The position numbers and the translations under genes are program-made. From positions 1-19,579 of the forward strand of contig NW_021824174.1 in NCBI RefSeq assembly GCF_006345805.1: 19,579 nt of DNA, given 5' to 3'. Numbering within the stretch: position 1 is the first letter of the stretch; each line of letters begins with the position of its first letter. This document shows, piece by piece, positions 16,261 through 19,579 of the stretch. The DNA is from Octopus sinensis. Its lineage: Eukaryota. The notes beneath the pieces were generated by a model. That model did no database searches, had not been told where the DNA came from, and worked only from the letters and a program-made list of their open reading frames with translations.

Positions 16261-17294
16261 GTTAGTTAGTTAGTTAGTTAGTTAATTTGGCTCAAAAGCA
16301 AATAGCAAGGCCATGTAGGGGGTCATGGAGTTAAGTACAGGGTGGTGTTCATGTAAAGAGTTCAGGCCACTTGAGGTCCAGGGAGGCTTTGAACAAAGCG
16401 GTCGTCGGCATCTTCACCATCTCGTCTGGCAGCTTGTTCTACGGATCCGCAACCCGGACGGAGAAAGCTCCTCTCCTTCGATTGAGATGAAATCGTCGCA
16501 GGTAGAGCTTTTCGGAATGACCCCGCAGCCGACGCTCCGGAGCAGGAGTGAAGAACAGCTCTTTCGAGAGGTTACACTTCCCGCTTATGATGTTGTGGGC
16601 AAGAATGAGATCACCACGGCGGCGGGCGTTTTTCAAGAGAATAAAGGTCGAGCGTCCTCAGCCTTTCTTCGTAGGACAAATTTTTGAGACCATGAACCAT
16701 GCGGGTAGCCAGCCTCTGGACTCTTTCGAGATGCTGTATGTCTTTGAGGAGATAAGGAGAAGAGGCTTGAATCCCATACTCAATATGGGTCTCACCAGCG
16801 TGACATAGAGTGGCAGGAATATGGCTGCTGTGAGCATTCCGAATGACCGTCGAATCAAAAACAGAATTCCGCGCGCTTTATTGGCAGCATGGACGCACTG
16901 GGCCGAAGACGAAAAGGAGGAATCCACCAAGATACCCAGGTCCTTTACCTGATCGATCCTCTCCAGCAGCAGACGACCCGGCTCGAAATCAAGTTGAGTT
17001 GCAGGAGTAGAGCCGACAGGCAGATGACAGCACTTTGACACGTTCAGACAGAGGTCCCAATCGTTAGACCACTTCCAAATTTGGTGGAGGCATCGACGAA
17101 GATCCTCTATATTACCGCGAGGAGCGACCAGTTTGATATCGTCGGCAAATAGAAGGGTGTGTTGCGTGAGGTCGTCGGGCAAGTCATTTATGAAGACTAA
17201 GAACAGCAAGGGCCCAAGCACTGAACCTTGAAGCACGCCACTGCTCGCACTGGAGACGTCGGACCGCGAACCATTAACTTGAACTTGGAAGGTG
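16261..17294 (-). mobile_element. CR1-clade LINE 3' fragment, copy 2, including RT motifs and two frameshifts
   Basis: SGVLQGSVLGPLLFLVFINDLP and LFADDIKL; +1 G near 16626 and -1 C near 16780 relative to copy 1; (TTAG)n at 16261-16283; possible TGAA TSD (16257-16260 / 17293-17296). Confidence 0.92.
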
Positions 17295-17488
17295 AAATGT
17301 TGTGTCGCAAAAATCTTCTTGTTTCTTGGGAGGGTCATCAATACTAATAACACATGCACTGGTTCAATATCACTTCTTTCTTGTTAGCCAATTGGTTAAA
17401 TATACAACAAACTAATCGATCGTTTGTTTAACGTGCTGGTTAAACAATCAATTGGTTATTGGTTTCTCAAAGTCCTTTCGTCGATATC

Positions 17489-17572
<84 letters not shown>

Positions 17573-17583
17573 TTATTATTATT
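17489..17583. repeat. (CTA)n to (TTA)n compound microsatellite
   Basis: Directly visible; source of the poly-Y and poly-T/I ORFs. Confidence 0.95.
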
Positions 17584-17734
17584 GGAGTAATTACCCTTCT
17601 AAGACCCATCAAGGTTATAATTATTCACGTGTAATTTATAACATTCATAGGTAATTGTCAATGAAAAAGTAACTAAAATAATTGATGAAGAGGCAAATAA
17701 GTTCTGGCTTGCAAAGGGGCCTTTGTCTTTTAAC

Positions 17735-18208
17735 GCTTGCTTGTTTCAGTCATGCTGGAGCGTCGCCTTGAGGGGTTTCAGTTGAACATATAGACCCTAA
17801 TATTAGTTTTAAAAGTATGGTTTTCATTTTATCGGTGTCTTATGTCACACTGCTAAGTTACGGGTAAGGAAAATAATCGGTTATCAAGCAGTAAGGGTGA
17901 GGAACAGACACAAAAACACGCACACACATATATGTATATGTAGACACGTGTGTGTGTGTGTGTGTGTAAATGTATATACTCACACACACATACATATATG
18001 CGTGTGTGTGTTATACATATGTGTGTGTGTGTATGTATGTATATGTATGCATGTATATATGTGTGTATGTATGTATGTATGTATGTATGTTGTATGTATG
18101 TATGTACGTACGTATGTATGTATGTATGTACGTACGTATGTATGTATGTATGTACGTATGTATGTATGTATGTATGTATGTACGTATGTATGTATGTATG
18201 TATGTATG

Positions 18209-18239
<31 letters not shown>

Positions 18240-18402
18240 CGAGCCTGCACACTTTTTTCCGCGAAGTAAATTTACTCACAAGGTATTGACTGGTCCAGGG
18301 TTTATAGTAGAAGACATTTGCCAAAAATATCGCGCAGTGGGACAGAACCCAAAACCACGTGGTTACAAAGCGAGCTTCTTAACCACAGAGCTACGGTCGC
18401 AC
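17735..18402 (-). mobile_element. SINE family A, diverged full-length copy with an internal microsatellite expanded to about 320 bp
   Basis: Tail CTTGTTTCAGTCATGCTGGAGCGTCGCCTTGA at ~17740; (TG)/(TATG)n at 17920-18238; head GCAGTGGGACAGAACCC...CTTCTTAACCACAG at 18330-18400. Confidence 0.8.
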
Positions 18403-19109
18403 CTATGATTATATTGTAACGGGCGGGAAAAGCGCTCTTAGAAGTGAGATGTAATAATTGAAATATGGCGGCCAATCTAAAATGCCTGTGATGTTTTATT
18501 TTGAGGAAGAGTAAAGCAACATTTAAATGAAGTAAACAGAGTAGATATTAAATGAATATTAATATAGAGAATTACGTTAATATTAAATGGTTATGGCTAT
18601 GAAATAAAATGAAGTGGGAGTAGAAAAAATACATGTTAAAACGATCTAGACGACTAATAATGAATATTTCATTAATATTAAATGAGGATGGACTTGAAGC
18701 TATGTCTGTGTATAGAGTAAGGTGGGAGTTAAAACAATTTAAAATGATCAAAAGAACCGAAAAACAAATGGGATATGACGAAGACTGAGTGAATGTATGG
18801 TAGGTGTTAAAATGGCCGTTAAAGGAATTAGTAAACAGTGGTATATAGATTAAAGGAAAGTCTGCATATTGTAGGCACTATGAATGTGAACGTAAATATG
18901 GATGATGAACAAAAGTGAGTGATCCAGGGAGAAATGAGATTAAGTTATGTAAGGATGAAATTCTAAGGTAAACGAAGACAGTTTTAGAGGATGATAAATT
19001 ATGACAGAAAATGTAATAAGATGAATTAAGAGTGTTTAAAGTTCATAGCTTTACAGCGCCTAGAAAAATGGAAGCGAATGTTGAACTGACTAGTTTTAGG
19101 AATCATGAG

Positions 19110-19275
19110 GCTTTTCATCTGTCTTTACATTCTGAGTTCAAATTCCAAAGAGGTCGATTTTGTGTCTCATCCTTTCGGAGTCGATAAAATACATACCAGT
19201 TGGGCACTGGGATCGATGTAATTAACTTATCTCCGCTCCGAAATTGCTGGCCTAGCACAAAACTTTGAAACCAAT
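19110..19275 (+). mobile_element. SINE family B, diverged, tail type 1
   Basis: TTCTGAGTTCAAATTCC..GAGGTCGATTTTG..TCATCCTTTCGGAGTCGATAAAAT...GAAATTGCTGGCCT. Confidence 0.8.
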
Positions 19276-19389
19276 GTAAGATAAGGGCCAAGGGTGCGGA
19301 AACAAATGAAAAATTAGGAAATGTGAAAATTTGAGAAAACAGAAATAATCAGACGATGTTTATGGCGTTTGAAACTTCAGTGGTATGGC

Positions 19390-19579
19390 GAAGGCATGGA
19401 TGTGTGGTTAAGAAACTGGGCTGGAAGTTAGACGGGGTTTGGGTTCAGTCCCACTGCGTTTCACCTTGGGGCAAGTTTCTCCTGCTATAGTTCCGGACTT
19501 TGTAAATGAATTTGTGAATGAATCTGGTAGATGGCAACTGTGTGCAATCCCTTCATGTATATTATACTATTACACACAC
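19390..19579 (+). mobile_element. SINE family A 5' half, diverged, running off the window
   Basis: GGATGTGTGGTTAAG...GGGTTCAGTCCCACTGCGT...CACCTTGGGGCAAG...TGGTAGATGGCAACTG. Confidence 0.75.

Overview
Eukaryotic, AT-rich, repeat-saturated DNA with no recognisable host protein-coding gene and no CRISPR, rRNA or true tRNA gene. The tRNA-headed SINEs with internal (TA)/(TG) microsatellites resemble octopus repeats; that host assignment comes from recall of the repeat families and was not confirmed by a search. The window contains about 15 SINE copies or fragments in three families (my labels A, B, C), two young CR1-clade LINE 3' fragments, a decayed L1/Tx1 ORF2 end, the RLE endonuclease end of an R4/Dong-like element inside trinucleotide microsatellites, an internally deleted Helitron with 23-aa STPR-like repeats and a canonical hairpin+CTAG end, and a hAT-like MITE. 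Most entries in the ORF track are microsatellite or antisense artefacts. The most interesting signal is a set of fold-back (inverted-repeat) elements sitting next to microsatellites. Three of them carry minimal type I hammerhead-ribozyme-like motifs with palindromic stem III, as described for Penelope-like elements. The best one (12618-12695) has an intact CUGAUGA...GAAA core and lies beside a 206-bp, ~98% identical inverted repeat that encloses a CR1 fragment. All coordinates and counts were read by hand.
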